Translations under genes and position numbers: made by a program | Notes under the pieces: generated by a model | Databases searched by the model: none | The model's input: the letters and a program-made list of their open reading frames with translations, nothing else | What the model was told of the DNA's origin: nothing | Shown here: piece by piece, positions 17,945 to 28,209 of the stretch | Position numbering within the stretch: the stretch's first letter is position 1 | How the letters are laid out: each line of letters begins with the position of its first letter | Virus record (IMG/VR): IMGVR_UViG_641736125_000004 | Location: 2,172-66,171 of that record | Origin: a virus | Taxonomy: Duplodnaviria > Caudoviricetes | DNA: 64,000 bases | Reading direction: 5' to 3' (one strand)

Positions 17945-19895
17945 CCCGAACATCACGCCGTGGGTGTTCGGCATGCATGCGGCGCTCGACGATCCGACCG
18001 TGCAGAAAGTCGTGTGCATGAAGTCGGCGCAGGTCGCGTGGACGGATGGGGTGCTGTTGAACTACATCGGCCGGCGGATTGACGTCGACCCGTGCCCGAT
18101 GATCGTCATGTTCGCGAAGGAGAAGTCGGCGAAGAAGTTCAACATGGAGAAGTTCGAGCCGATGGTCGAGGTGACGCCGCGCCTGTCGGCGAAGCTGCCC
18201 GTGCATGCGAGCCGCGACAAGAACAACCTGTGGGACCACAAGACGTTCTCGCGCGGGTTCCTCAAGTTCATCACGTCGAACGCGCCGGACGATGTGAAGT
18301 CGACGCCCGCGCCCGTCGTCGCGGTCGAGGAGCCGGACGATGCGAACCAGAACGTGCGCGAACAGGGCGATTCGATCACGCTGCTCGAAGAGCGTAACAA
18401 GAGCTACTCGGACAGCCGCCGCAAAGTGATTTTCGGCGGCACGCCCACCGTCGACGGCTTCTCGCGCATCCAGCAGGCCTACGAGGCATCGGATCAGCGC
18501 GTCTATCTGGTGCCGTGCCCGGACTGCGGCGAGGAACACGAGCTGGTATGGGAAAACGTCACGTGGACCGACGACGCGGAGATCGCGCACGAGGTGTACG
18601 GTCGCGCCCGCCCCGAGTCGGCGCGGTACACGTGCCCGCACTGCGGCTCGTTGTGGGACGACTCGATGCGGATTCGCGCGGTGCGCCGGGGGCGGTGGGT
18701 TGCGACGGCCCCGTTTCACGGCGTGGCCGGATTCCGGCTCAACGAGCTGGTATCGCCGTTCCCCGGCTCACGCATGGCCGAGCTGGTGAAGAAGTGGCTG
18801 ACGGCGGAAAAAGCCCTTCGCGCGGGCGACGACACGAAAATGCGCTCGTTCGTGAACAACTCGAAGGGCCGGCCGTACAAGTACAAAACCGATCTGCCCG
18901 AGATCGACGCGCTCGCCGAGCGCGCCTTGCCGTATCCGGCGTTCGTGGTGCCGGCGGGCGGCTTGCTCCTGACGCTCGGCGTCGACGTGCAGCATGATCG
19001 CCTCGCGATCGTGCTGCGCGCGTGGGGACGGGGCGAGGAAAGCTGGCTGGTCGTGTGGGACGAGATCTTCGGCAACGTGCTCGATCAACGCGAAGACCCG
19101 TTGACGGGCGGCGTATGGGGCGCGCTTACGACGCTGCTCACGCATGCCTACCGCCACGAGTCGGGCGGGCTGCTGCGGGTCCGGGCGATGTCGATCGACT
19201 CGTCGGACGGCTCGACGTCCGATGCGGTCTACAAGTACGTGCGCGCGGCGCAGCGGCAGGGCCTGAACGTGATGGCGATCAAGGGCAGCACGGACGCCAA
19301 CGCCGAAATCTTCAGCACGCCGCGCGCGTCCGTGGACTCGACGCGGAACAACAGCAAGGCCGCGAAGTATGGGCTGCGGCCGTTCATGGTCGGCGTCAGC
19401 AAGGCGAAGGACCTGATTCTCGACAACCGGCTCAAGCTGGACGGCGACGGACCGGGGCGCATGCATTGGTATCGCGATGTTCGGTCCGATTATCTGTCGC
19501 AGCTGACGGCCGAGGTCAAAGTGCCCGCCCGCCTCGGCACCAAGCGTGTCTGGCAGAAGAAGGCCGGTGCGCGAAACGAGGCGCTCGACTGCGAGGCGTA
19601 TGCGCTGCACGCGGCGCGCAGCGTCAAGACGCACCTGATGACGGAGGCGCACTGGCAGGTCGAGCAGCAGCGCCTGTCGCAGGTGTCGCTGTTCGAGGCG
19701 GTGCCGGTGCTCGACGCGTTGCCGTCGGCGCTGCCGGTCGAGGCGCTGCCGGATCCGCCGGACGATCACGGTACGGACACCGCACCGCCACCGCAGCAAC
19801 CCGCACAACCCATCGAAACCCCGCCGCCGAGCGGGGTTTCGCGCATTCAGGGGCGTCGCGTCGGCCGTTCCGGCTATCTGACGCGTCGCCGCTAG
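17781..19895 (+). CDS. Terminase large subunit, lambda gpA family
   Basis: MKSAQVAWT, GGTPT, CPDC/CPHC, LGVDVQ, IDS and RNEALDC motifs. Exact start uncertain. Confidence 0.96.
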   Translation: MGVLNSFLDTSQTVRAVIRRIAQLLRPPEKIGTTDWARKHRRMSAKATASPGRYNPNITPWVFGMHAALDDPTVQKVVCMKSAQVAWTDGVLLNYIGRRIDVDPCPMIVMFAKEKSAKKFNMEKFEPMVEVTPRLSAKLPVHASRDKNNLWDHKTFSRGFLKFITSNAPDDVKSTPAPVVAVEEPDDANQNVREQGDSITLLEERNKSYSDSRRKVIFGGTPTVDGFSRIQQAYEASDQRVYLVPCPDCGEEHELVWENVTWTDDAEIAHEVYGRARPESARYTCPHCGSLWDDSMRIRAVRRGRWVATAPFHGVAGFRLNELVSPFPGSRMAELVKKWLTAEKALRAGDDTKMRSFVNNSKGRPYKYKTDLPEIDALAERALPYPAFVVPAGGLLLTLGVDVQHDRLAIVLRAWGRGEESWLVVWDEIFGNVLDQREDPLTGGVWGALTTLLTHAYRHESGGLLRVRAMSIDSSDGSTSDAVYKYVRAAQRQGLNVMAIKGSTDANAEIFSTPRASVDSTRNNSKAAKYGLRPFMVGVSKAKDLILDNRLKLDGDGPGRMHWYRDVRSDYLSQLTAEVKVPARLGTKRVWQKKAGARNEALDCEAYALHAARSVKTHLMTEAHWQVEQQRLSQVSLFEAVPVLDALPSALPVEALPDPPDDHGTDTAPPPQQPAQPIETPPPSGVSRIQGRRVGRSGYLTRRR

Positions 19896-19905
19896 GAGAG
19901 AGCCG

Positions 19906-20112
19906 ATGGCTTACACAAGGCAGGATCTCGATCGCATCCAGTCCGCGATCGCGAAGGGCGAGCTCGAAGTGCAGTATGCGGATCGCCGCGTGAAGTATCG
20001 CTCGATCTTCGAGCTGCGCGAGGCGCAAACCGAGATCATTCGCGCGCTCGATGGCGCGAGCGGGCGCTCGCGCATCGTTCGACTTCGGCATGCCGGCAAG
20101 GGGGTTCGATGA
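19906..20112 (+). CDS. Head completion protein (gpW-like)
   Basis: 68 aa, IAKGELEVQYADRRVKYRSI.EL, between terL and portal. Confidence 0.85.
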   Translation: MAYTRQDLDRIQSAIAKGELEVQYADRRVKYRSIFELREAQTEIIRALDGASGRSRIVRLRHAGKGVR

Positions 20113-21602
20113 GTCGCGCCTATCCGATGCTCGCCCAACGCGGGTTCGTGGTGCCGACGCGCCTGAAGGCAGCGGCTTACGAATCGGCAGGCTCGGGCGG
20201 TGCTCGCGCGCGTTCGTGGAAAGCGTCAGGCGCGGGGCCGAACGCCGCGGCCGTTCAGAATCTGCCGCTCATGCGGCATCGGGCGCGCGATGCGATTCGA
20301 AACAACACATGGGCGAAGGCCGCGATCATTCGGCTCGTGTCGAACACGATCGGTACAGGCATCAAGGCGCATCCGCAGCATCCCGACGACGTGATCCGGA
20401 AAGCGCAAAAGCAGCTTTGGGACGACAGCGGCGAGGAAATCGACGTGAATGCGGCGTGCGATATGGCGGGCTTGCAAACGCTGGCCGCACGTACGTTCTT
20501 CAGCGACGGCGAGGTATTGGTGCGACGCCGGTTGCGCAGTCCGCGCGACGGGTTGGCCGTGCCGATGCAGGTGGAGTTGCTCGAAGGGGACCATCTGCCC
20601 GTCACGAAGAACGAGCGCCTGCCGCACGGTGAGATCGTCAACGGCGTCGAGTTTGACGACGACGGCCGGCGCGTCGCCTATCACCTGTTGACTCGGCATC
20701 CCGGCGAGTACGGGCGGCAGGCCGGCGACAGCACGCGGACGGTGCGCGTGCCGGCCGACGAGATCGCGCATGTGTTCCTCGCGCTGCGGCCGGGGCAGGT
20801 GCGCGGCGTGCCCGAATTGTCGACGGTGCTGTTGCGGCTGCATTCGCTCGACAACTTCGATGATGCGGTGTTGTTCCGGCAAGAGGTCAGCAACCTGTTT
20901 ACTGGTTTCATCGTGAAGCCGAATGCCGAACTCGGCCCGCTTGGCGATCCCATTTCCGGTGCGTCGCTGCAATACGACGTCGACGGCTTCTCTCCGGTCG
21001 TGTCGCTCGAACCGGGCGGCATGCAGGAGCTTGCGCCCGGCGAGGAAGTGAAGTTCTCGGAGCCGCCGGGCGCGGGCAACGATTATGCGTCGTTCATGCG
21101 GCAGCAACTGATGGCGGCGGCCGCATCGGTCGGCATGCCTTACGAGGTGCTCACGGGCGATCTGCGTGACGTCAGCGACCGTGTGCTGCGCGTGATCCTC
21201 AACGAGTTTCGCCGCACGATCGAACAGCTTCAATGGAACGTGTTCATCCACCAGTTCTGCCGCAAGGTGTGGCGCTGGTGGGTCGACGCGTGCGCGCTGT
21301 CGGGCGCGATGCCGATGCCCGATTACTTCCGCCGGCGTCGCGACTATCTGCGCGTGCGATGGGTGCCGCAGGGCTGGCCGTACATCCATCCGGTGCAGGA
21401 CGTCACCGCGAAGCGCATGGAGATCCGCGCGGGCCTTGCGAGCCGTGCGGGTGCGGTGCTCGCGCGCGGCGATGACCCGGAGCAGGTCGACGCGGAAAAC
21501 GCGGCGGATCTCGCGCGCGAGCAGCGGCTCGGCCTGCGATACGACACGCAGCTCGCGATGGATGACGGCAACGGCAGTGTTTTGAAGGAGGATGGGGAAT
21601 GA
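20109..21602 (+). CDS. Portal protein, lambda family
   Basis: RARDAIRNN, RPGQVRGVP and W.PQGW.YIHP motifs. Confidence 0.96.
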   Translation: MSRAYPMLAQRGFVVPTRLKAAAYESAGSGGARARSWKASGAGPNAAAVQNLPLMRHRARDAIRNNTWAKAAIIRLVSNTIGTGIKAHPQHPDDVIRKAQKQLWDDSGEEIDVNAACDMAGLQTLAARTFFSDGEVLVRRRLRSPRDGLAVPMQVELLEGDHLPVTKNERLPHGEIVNGVEFDDDGRRVAYHLLTRHPGEYGRQAGDSTRTVRVPADEIAHVFLALRPGQVRGVPELSTVLLRLHSLDNFDDAVLFRQEVSNLFTGFIVKPNAELGPLGDPISGASLQYDVDGFSPVVSLEPGGMQELAPGEEVKFSEPPGAGNDYASFMRQQLMAAAASVGMPYEVLTGDLRDVSDRVLRVILNEFRRTIEQLQWNVFIHQFCRKVWRWWVDACALSGAMPMPDYFRRRRDYLRVRWVPQGWPYIHPVQDVTAKRMEIRAGLASRAGAVLARGDDPEQVDAENAADLAREQRLGLRYDTQLAMDDGNGSVLKEDGE

Positions 21603-22675
21603 AACGAAACCGCAAGTGGTGGGATATCCGCGCGCAGGCGCAGGCGGGCGGCGGCAAGGTCGCCGAGATCCGGATCTATAGCGACATCGGGTTTTGGGGC
21701 ACCGACGCGCAGAACTTCGTGTCGCAGCTCGACGCCATCGCGACCGACGCATCGTCGATCACGGTCGCAATCAATTCGATGGGCGGCGACGTGTTCGACG
21801 CGTTCGCGATCTATAACGCGCTGCGGCGGTATGCCGGCAAGGTGAAGGGGCGCGTCGACGGCATCGCGGCGTCCGCCGCGTCGCTGGTGCTGATGGCGTG
21901 CGACGAGATCGAGATGCCCGAGAACGCGTTGCTGATGATCCACCATCCGCACACGGTCGCGGCCGGCGAATCGAAGGATCTGCGCCGGGTCGCCGAGCTG
22001 CTCGACAACGCGAGCGCCGGCATTCTGGCGGCATACGCGCAGCGCAGCGGTCTGTCCGAGGATGACGTGCGGGCGATGATGGACGCGGAGACGTGGCTGA
22101 CGGCCGCGCAGGCGAAGGAAAAGGGTTTCTGCGACGTGATCGAGGCCCCGGTCAAGCTGGCGGCATCGGCCGGTGCTGCGCCGCTTCTCGCGCGTTTCTC
22201 GGCCGTGCCCGAGCAGGTTGTGGCGCTGCTCGATGCCGCCGGCGAGCCGGACGCGGAACCGATCGTTCCGCCCGAGAACCCGCCGACCGATCCAACGCCG
22301 CAACCGCCAGACGTCGCGGCGCTCGCCTCGCACGTGTTCAACGCACTGCGTGACGCGAATCTCGTCGCATGCGCCGAAGGCGTGATCGCGGCGACCGGTC
22401 TGCGCGATCGCGAGACGGTTGATCGCGCGATCCGCAACGCGACCGACATCGCCGGGATCTGCCTCGCGGCGAACCAGACGGATCTGACCGCGCAGTACGT
22501 CGCGGACGGCCTGACGCCGGATCAGGTGCGCGCGCGGTTGTTCGAGCGCCTCACGGCATCGAGCGCCCGTATCAACAGCCGGCCCGATCCGGCGCAGCAG
22601 CAGACGCAACCGCAGGCACGCGGCCGCACGTTGCGCACGTCCGACATCTACGCGGCTCGCCGCGTGGCCAAGTAA
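21599..22675 (+). CDS. ClpP-like head maturation protease with scaffold-like C-terminus
   Basis: INSMGGDVF, DGIAASAAS, LMIHHP and ETWLTA motifs. Confidence 0.93.
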   Translation: MKRNRKWWDIRAQAQAGGGKVAEIRIYSDIGFWGTDAQNFVSQLDAIATDASSITVAINSMGGDVFDAFAIYNALRRYAGKVKGRVDGIAASAASLVLMACDEIEMPENALLMIHHPHTVAAGESKDLRRVAELLDNASAGILAAYAQRSGLSEDDVRAMMDAETWLTAAQAKEKGFCDVIEAPVKLAASAGAAPLLARFSAVPEQVVALLDAAGEPDAEPIVPPENPPTDPTPQPPDVAALASHVFNALRDANLVACAEGVIAATGLRDRETVDRAIRNATDIAGICLAANQTDLTAQYVADGLTPDQVRARLFERLTASSARINSRPDPAQQQTQPQARGRTLRTSDIYAARRVAK

Positions 22676-22701
22676 CTTTTCATCGCTGAAAGGAGCGCTG
22701 A

Positions 22702-23046
22702 ATGTCCAACATCCAAACCATGGGCGCGTTGCCCGCCGAATTCCTGATTTCGGAGGGGCCGGGCCAGATCTCGCGCGATGCGATTCTCGTTGCGGCCGGC
22801 CCGGCGTTGCCGGCGGGGTGCGTGCTCGGCGTGATCGGATCCGGCGAATACGCGCCGTACGACAACGCCGCGACGACCGGCGCGGAGGTCGCCGTCGGCA
22901 TCCTCTACGCGCCGTTGCCGGCGTCCGACAAGCCGCGCCCGGCGGTTGCGATCAAGCGGCTCGCCGAAGTCGACGCACGCCTGCTCGCGGGGCTCGACGC
23001 GCCCGCGCGCGACGATCTGGCCTCGTACCACATCGTCATCCGCTGA
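22702..23046 (+). CDS. Head decoration protein (gpD-like)
   Basis: SRD..AG.VLG..YAPYD..G.EVAVGILY, upstream of the capsid gene. Confidence 0.85.
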   Translation: MSNIQTMGALPAEFLISEGPGQISRDAILVAAGPALPAGCVLGVIGSGEYAPYDNAATTGAEVAVGILYAPLPASDKPRPAVAIKRLAEVDARLLAGLDAPARDDLASYHIVIR

Positions 23047-23069
23047 TCGCAGCGAATTCCCTGATTTCG

Positions 23070-23095
23070 AAGCCGCGCCGACGCGCGGCTTTTTT
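23070..23095 (+). terminator. Intrinsic terminator-like hairpin
   Basis: AAGCCGCGC-cgac-GCGCGGCTTTTTT. Confidence 0.6.
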
Positions 23096-23111
23096 CTATT
23101 CTGGAGTGCAT

Positions 23112-24107
23112 ATGGCAGACATCGCTATCTTCAACGACGACGCATTTTCGCTGTCGTCCATGACCGCCGCCATCAACGAGCAGCCGCACGTGCCGGGCCG
23201 GCTCGGCGAGGCGGGCCTGTTCGACGAGGAAGGCATCACGACGACGACGGTGCAGATCGAGCGCGACGGCGACACGCTCGCGCTCGTGCAGTCCGGCGTG
23301 CGCGGCCAGCCCGCGCCGAACGTGCTGGGCAGCAAGCCGAGCCTGATTCCGTTCAACACGGTCCACCTGCCGCAGCGCGCGGTCATCAAGGCGGACGAGA
23401 TCCAGAACCTGCGCGCGTTCGGCGACGATTCGGAGCTGGAGACGGTGCAGCGCTACGTCGACAAGCGGCTCGCGAAGATGCGCCGCCAACTCGAAGCGAC
23501 GCACGAGTATCACCGCCTCGGCGCGGTGCGCGGCGTGATCCTCGACGCGGACGGCAAGCACGTCGTCGCGAACCTGCTCGACCGCTTCGGCATCGAGCAG
23601 CAGGTGATCGAATACGAACTGTCGAATGCGAAGACCGAGATCCGGATCAAGAACGAGGACACGCTCGAAGCGATCGAGGATGCGCTCGGCAACGTGCCGC
23701 TTTCGAGCGTGCGTGCGTTCTGCGGGCGTAACTTTTGGCGCAAGCTGCTGACGCTGCCGACCGTGAAAGAGACGTTCCTCAACACGGCGGCGGCGGCGGC
23801 TCTGCGCGGCGATCCGCGCGGCGCGATCGAAATCGACGGCATCGTGTTCGAGCGTTACCGGGGCAAGATCGGCGGCATCCCATTCGTCGGCGACGACGAG
23901 GCGTATGCGGTGCCCGAAGGCGTGCCGGATCTGTTCATCTCGCGCTTCGCGCCCGGCGATTACGTCGATGCGGTGAACACGATCGGGCTGCCGTACTACG
24001 CACGGCAGGAAGTCATGCCGTTCAACAAGGGCGTCGAGATCGAGGCGCAGTCGAACCCGATCCATCTGTGTACGCGCCCGCGCGCGTGCATTCGTCTGAA
24101 GGCGTGA
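23112..24107 (+). CDS. Major capsid protein (lambda gpE family)
   Basis: 331 aa, FSLSSMTAAIN..THEYHRLGAVRG..EAQSNPIHLCTRP. Confidence 0.95.
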   Translation: MADIAIFNDDAFSLSSMTAAINEQPHVPGRLGEAGLFDEEGITTTTVQIERDGDTLALVQSGVRGQPAPNVLGSKPSLIPFNTVHLPQRAVIKADEIQNLRAFGDDSELETVQRYVDKRLAKMRRQLEATHEYHRLGAVRGVILDADGKHVVANLLDRFGIEQQVIEYELSNAKTEIRIKNEDTLEAIEDALGNVPLSSVRAFCGRNFWRKLLTLPTVKETFLNTAAAAALRGDPRGAIEIDGIVFERYRGKIGGIPFVGDDEAYAVPEGVPDLFISRFAPGDYVDAVNTIGLPYYARQEVMPFNKGVEIEAQSNPIHLCTRPRACIRLKA

Positions 24108-24110
24108 CGC

Positions 24111-24401
24111 ATGGCGTTCCACGATCTGATGATGGACGTCGACGCGGCCGTGCTGCGGGATCTGGGCGACGACGATGTATTCGTCGACGGCCGGCCCGTG
24201 CGCGGCATGTTCAACGCGCCGTGGCTCGGTCCCGATCTCGGCTCGCAACGCACGAACCTCGTCGCGCCGATGTTGCACGTGATCGACGCGGACGCCGCCG
24301 GCATCCAGCCGGGCAGCGTCGTGACTGCGCGCAGCGGGCGCTATCGCGTCATCGAGGCGCAGCCGGACGGCACGGGCTGGACGATCCTGACACTGCAATG
24401 A
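24111..24401 (+). CDS. Head-tail joining protein
   Basis: 96 aa ending YRVIEAQPDGTGWTILTL. Position after the capsid gene. Confidence 0.8.
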   Translation: MAFHDLMMDVDAAVLRDLGDDDVFVDGRPVRGMFNAPWLGPDLGSQRTNLVAPMLHVIDADAAGIQPGSVVTARSGRYRVIEAQPDGTGWTILTLQ

Positions 24402-24402
24402 C

Positions 24403-24933
24403 ATGAACCGACTGAAAGTCGAAATCGACGTCGGCGCGGTCACGGCCGTCTTGCAGGGCCTGTCGCCGTCCGCGATGCAGGCCGCATGGCGGCGCACGCT
24501 GCGCAAGACGGCCGCATGGATCAAGAGCCAGACGGCGAAGGAAGTCAGCGCGGCGACGCGCATTCCGCAGAAGACGATCCGCCGCCGGCTGTATTTCTTC
24601 CTGCGGTCGGCCGATACCGGCAAGGTGTGGCTCGGCCTGAACCCGATCGAGGCGCACCGCCTCGGCTCGGTGGCGAAGACGCGCAAAGGCATGCGCGCCG
24701 GCCGCACGTCGTTCGAGGGCGCATGGCGGCAGTCGAAACGGCAACCGGACGGGCCGATCTTCGAGCGCGTCGGGAGGGCACGGCTGCCGTACCGCGTCGT
24801 GACGGTCAATTGGCACGAGACGGGCGAGCCGGCGTTTCGCCGCGCGGCGAAGGCTTGCGAGGAACGGCTCTTGACGATCCTGAGGCAGGAAGTGAACTAC
24901 GAACTACAAAAGGTAATGGGACGTGCTCGATAA
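24403..24933 (+). CDS. Minor tail protein Z-like
   Basis: Basic 176-aa protein with IFERVGRARLP. Position in the neck region. Confidence 0.75.
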   Translation: MNRLKVEIDVGAVTAVLQGLSPSAMQAAWRRTLRKTAAWIKSQTAKEVSAATRIPQKTIRRRLYFFLRSADTGKVWLGLNPIEAHRLGSVAKTRKGMRAGRTSFEGAWRQSKRQPDGPIFERVGRARLPYRVVTVNWHETGEPAFRRAAKACEERLLTILRQEVNYELQKVMGRAR

Positions 24934-25456
24934 CCTCAAATTGCTGCACGACGCGATCGTGAAGGGCCTGCGAGAAGCGCTGCCGACCTTCGAGCGGATC
25001 GAAGCGTATCCGAAGATCGGTGCGCAGATCCGGACGCCGCTGATCGCCGTCGAGCTGTCCGAAATGGAACCCGGACACGACGACGGGACCGGCTGCATTT
25101 CGCTGATCGCGCGCATGCAGGCGCGCATCATCGTCGATCCATACGGCGCGGAACACGAGCTGCACGTGCGCGAAATCGCCGCGCGTCTCGCGCTCGCGGT
25201 TCACATGCAGACGTGGGGCCTGCCGATCGCGCCCGGCAGGGTGGTTCAGGTTGGCGAAGACCCGTTCCGCCCGCAGCTCGACACGTACCTCGTGTGGCTT
25301 GTCGAATGGACGCACGAATTCGGCATCGGCGGCGAGCCGGAAGCGATCCCGGACGGCAGCACGCTCGTATGGGGCGTCGATCCGTCGACGGGGCCGGGCA
25401 ACGAAAGCAGCTATTGGGATCCGGCGCAGGACGCGCCGGCCGACTATCCGGAGTGA
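24923..25456 (+). CDS. Tail completion/terminator protein
   Basis: 177 aa in the neck region with a YLVWLVEW motif. Confidence 0.65.
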   Translation: MLDNLKLLHDAIVKGLREALPTFERIEAYPKIGAQIRTPLIAVELSEMEPGHDDGTGCISLIARMQARIIVDPYGAEHELHVREIAARLALAVHMQTWGLPIAPGRVVQVGEDPFRPQLDTYLVWLVEWTHEFGIGGEPEAIPDGSTLVWGVDPSTGPGNESSYWDPAQDAPADYPE

Positions 25457-25458
25457 CG

Positions 25459-26139
25459 ATGCTCGAGTATGAAATCGGCGAGATCGACCGGCGGCTCGCG
25501 TGTCTCGTGCAGCAAGGCACGGTCGACGCGGTGTCGTACGACCCGCCGCGATGCCGCGTGCGGGTCGGCGATTGGGTCAGTGACTGGTTGCCGTGGTTCA
25601 CGGTCGCGGCGGGCGCGGTGCGCTTCTGGCGGCCGCCGTCCGAAGGCGAGCAGGCATCCGTCCTGTCCGCGTCGGGCGAGCTGTCGAGCGCGTACGCGGT
25701 GCCGGGCTACTACGCCGAGCAGCACGGCGGGGCAGCACGGCGCAGCCCGAACGAAACGGCGTTTGATTTTCCGGATGGGGCGTCGCAGGTCTACGACCAC
25801 GCGTCGCACGAGTACCGGGTCGATGTGCCCGCAGGCGGGCGGATCGTTTTCCGCATCGGCGAGACGGAACTGGAGCTACGCGCGGACGGCGTGACGTTGC
25901 GCACCGAGAAACTACTCGGCGACGTTCCGGATTCGACGTTCACGGGCAACACGACGACCGGGCAGCGCCTGACGTTCAACGGCGGCATGCAGGGCCGGGC
26001 AGGCGCGGACGGCGGGCCGGCGGTGGAAGTCGACGGCGGTGCTCGCTACACGGGCGATGTCGAGATCGGCGGCAAGTCGTTCCTCGGCCACAGCCACAGG
26101 GAGCAGGGCGACGGAGCGCCCGTGTCGCCGCCGCTGTAG
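25459..26139 (+). CDS. Baseplate spike, P2 gpV-like
   Basis: SDWLPW..AG..FWRPPSEGEQ..GEL, and C-terminal HSH metal-binding motif. Confidence 0.93.
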   Translation: MLEYEIGEIDRRLACLVQQGTVDAVSYDPPRCRVRVGDWVSDWLPWFTVAAGAVRFWRPPSEGEQASVLSASGELSSAYAVPGYYAEQHGGAARRSPNETAFDFPDGASQVYDHASHEYRVDVPAGGRIVFRIGETELELRADGVTLRTEKLLGDVPDSTFTGNTTTGQRLTFNGGMQGRAGADGGPAVEVDGGARYTGDVEIGGKSFLGHSHREQGDGAPVSPPL

Positions 26140-26203
26140 CCGGTCGGTATTCCAAGTCACTTTGCCCCGCAATCGCGGGGTTTCGCATTTTTGGAGTCAG
26201 CAC

Positions 26204-26410
26204 ATGGCAAAAGAACCATCGCACACGAGTGCGCCGCTCGTCCAGCCGCGCGCCACGTTCGTCGATACGCGCTTTCGGACACGCGTCGTCGTGTTCCCGG
26301 ACGGTTCGGTGCTGCGCGTCATCAAGGGCGAGGTGCTCGCGAGCGTCGCGTCGCATATCGAGTATCTCGACGCGCATCCGGACTTCAAACGGCTTGAGGG
26401 CCACGCATGA
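26204..26410 (+). CDS. Hypothetical phage protein
   Basis: 68 aa, GGAG RBS, ATGA-coupled to gpW. Confidence 0.65.
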   Translation: MAKEPSHTSAPLVQPRATFVDTRFRTRVVVFPDGSVLRVIKGEVLASVASHIEYLDAHPDFKRLEGHA

Positions 26411-26751
26411 GCGACATCGATGAGATGGTCGGCATGGATCGATGGACCGGCGCACCGCTGCGCGGTCTCGCGCACCTGAAGCAAAGCATCGGCGACATCC
26501 TCGGCACGCGCCGGGGCACGCGCCGCGAGCGGCCCGAGTACGGCTCGGACATCCCGGCGATGGTCGACCTGCCGATCACGCGCGGCTGGATCTCGTCGGC
26601 GCAGGCGGAAGCCGCGCGCGCGATCGGGCGATGGGAGCCGCGTATCAAGCTCGATCGTGTCGCCGCGCTTGCGGTCGTCGACGGGCGCGTGACGTTCGAG
26701 ATTCGTGGCCATGTCGACGGCAAGGCGGAGATCTTCGAGGTGACGGTATGA
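26407..26751 (+). CDS. Baseplate protein, P2 gpW / gp25-like
   Basis: HLKQSIGDILGT..GTR..RPEYGS..WEPRI. Confidence 0.93.
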   Translation: MSDIDEMVGMDRWTGAPLRGLAHLKQSIGDILGTRRGTRRERPEYGSDIPAMVDLPITRGWISSAQAEAARAIGRWEPRIKLDRVAALAVVDGRVTFEIRGHVDGKAEIFEVTV

Positions 26752-27641
26752 CGATGATCGATCTGTCGCTGCTCGATCCGCCCGATCTGGTCGAGACGCT
26801 TGACTTCGAAGCGGCGTATCAGATGAAGCTCGCGTACTTCAAGCGCATCTATCCGGACTGGAGCGCCGCGCTCGAATCCGATCCGGTCGTCAAGCTGATC
26901 GAGCTGGCCGCATACGACGAGATCCGATCGCGCGCACGCCTCAACGATGCCGCGCGGGCGACCATGCTCGCGTACGCGACCGGCGCGGATCTCGAACACG
27001 TTGCCGCACTGATGGGCGTCGAGAAGGCGCTCGTCGATCCCGGCGATCCGGATGCGACGCCGCCGCGCTCGCCGATCTACGAGCGAGACGAGCGATTCCG
27101 ATTGCGCACGCAACTGGCGATCGAGACGTCGACCGACGCGGGGCCGATCGACGCCTATCGCAAGCACGCGCTCGACGTGTCGCCCGAGGTGCTCGACGTG
27201 CAAGTCGATCGTCCGGAGCCGGGCACGGTTCGCGTGACGATCATGTCGCAGTCGAATGGGGGTATCGCGAATGACGCGCTGCTCGCGAAGGTGCGCGCGG
27301 CGTTGTCCGCCGAAGACGTGCGGCCGTTGACCGACACGGTGCTTGTCGTGCCGGCCCGGCCGGTTGCATACGTGATCGAGGCGGACGTCTACGTGGGACG
27401 CGGCCCGGACCCCGCCGTCGTGCTGGCCGAGCGACGGCGCGATCTCGACGCCGCGATCGACGCGGCACGCCGGCTCAAGCTCGGGATGGCGCGATCGGCG
27501 ATCGCGGGCGCGCTTCATCCGCGCGGCAGCAGCGTCGCGCGCGTCGATCTGAAAGCTCCGCTGGGTGACGTCACGTGCAACGGGCAGGAGTTCGCCGATT
27601 GCACGTCCGTCGTCCTGAATCTGAAGGTGCTCGATGAGTGA
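26748..27641 (+). CDS. Baseplate assembly protein J
   Basis: IDLS.L.PP..VETLDFE, LESDP and VRPLTDTV. Confidence 0.95.
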   Translation: MTMIDLSLLDPPDLVETLDFEAAYQMKLAYFKRIYPDWSAALESDPVVKLIELAAYDEIRSRARLNDAARATMLAYATGADLEHVAALMGVEKALVDPGDPDATPPRSPIYERDERFRLRTQLAIETSTDAGPIDAYRKHALDVSPEVLDVQVDRPEPGTVRVTIMSQSNGGIANDALLAKVRAALSAEDVRPLTDTVLVVPARPVAYVIEADVYVGRGPDPAVVLAERRRDLDAAIDAARRLKLGMARSAIAGALHPRGSSVARVDLKAPLGDVTCNGQEFADCTSVVLNLKVLDE

Positions 27642-28209
27642 ACGTCTATTGCCGTCGAATCAGACGCCGCTCGAAGCCGCGCTCGCTCGCGTGCTGCGGC
27701 CGAGCGTCGATCCGGAGATCCTGCGCACGCTGATGGACGTCGATCGATGTCCGGCCGCATTCCTGCCGTGGCTCGCATGGTCGGTCGCCGTCGACGGGTG
27801 GGAGTTGGCCGAGTCGGACGACGCGCGGCGTGCGCTGATCAAAGGCTCGTTGGCGTTGCATCGCAGGAAGGGCACGCCGTGGGCCGTCCGCGAAATCGTT
27901 CGGCGGCTCGGCTTCGGCGAAATCGAGATTCAGGAAGGACGGATCGCGAAGCGTCGCGACGGCACAGCGCGGCGGGACGGCAACTACGTTCATGGCCGCG
28001 CAAGCGCGTGGGCCGAGTACATCGTGACGCTGAAGCAGCCGATCACGCGCGGTCAAGGGCAGGCGCTGATGCGCGCGATCGAGCGCTACGCGCCCGCGCG
28101 CAGTCAACTGGTGAAGCTCGACTATTCGGCGATTGCGATCCGCCATAACGGCACGGCCGTCCGCAACGGCCAATATTCTCGGGGAGTGGTAGCAGCATGG
28201 CAAACCTGA
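27634..28209 (+). CDS. Tail protein I (P2 gpI)
   Basis: LLPSN.TPLE, CPAAFLPWLAW and HRRKGT. Confidence 0.93.
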   Translation: MSERLLPSNQTPLEAALARVLRPSVDPEILRTLMDVDRCPAAFLPWLAWSVAVDGWELAESDDARRALIKGSLALHRRKGTPWAVREIVRRLGFGEIEIQEGRIAKRRDGTARRDGNYVHGRASAWAEYIVTLKQPITRGQGQALMRAIERYAPARSQLVKLDYSAIAIRHNGTAVRNGQYSRGVVAAWQT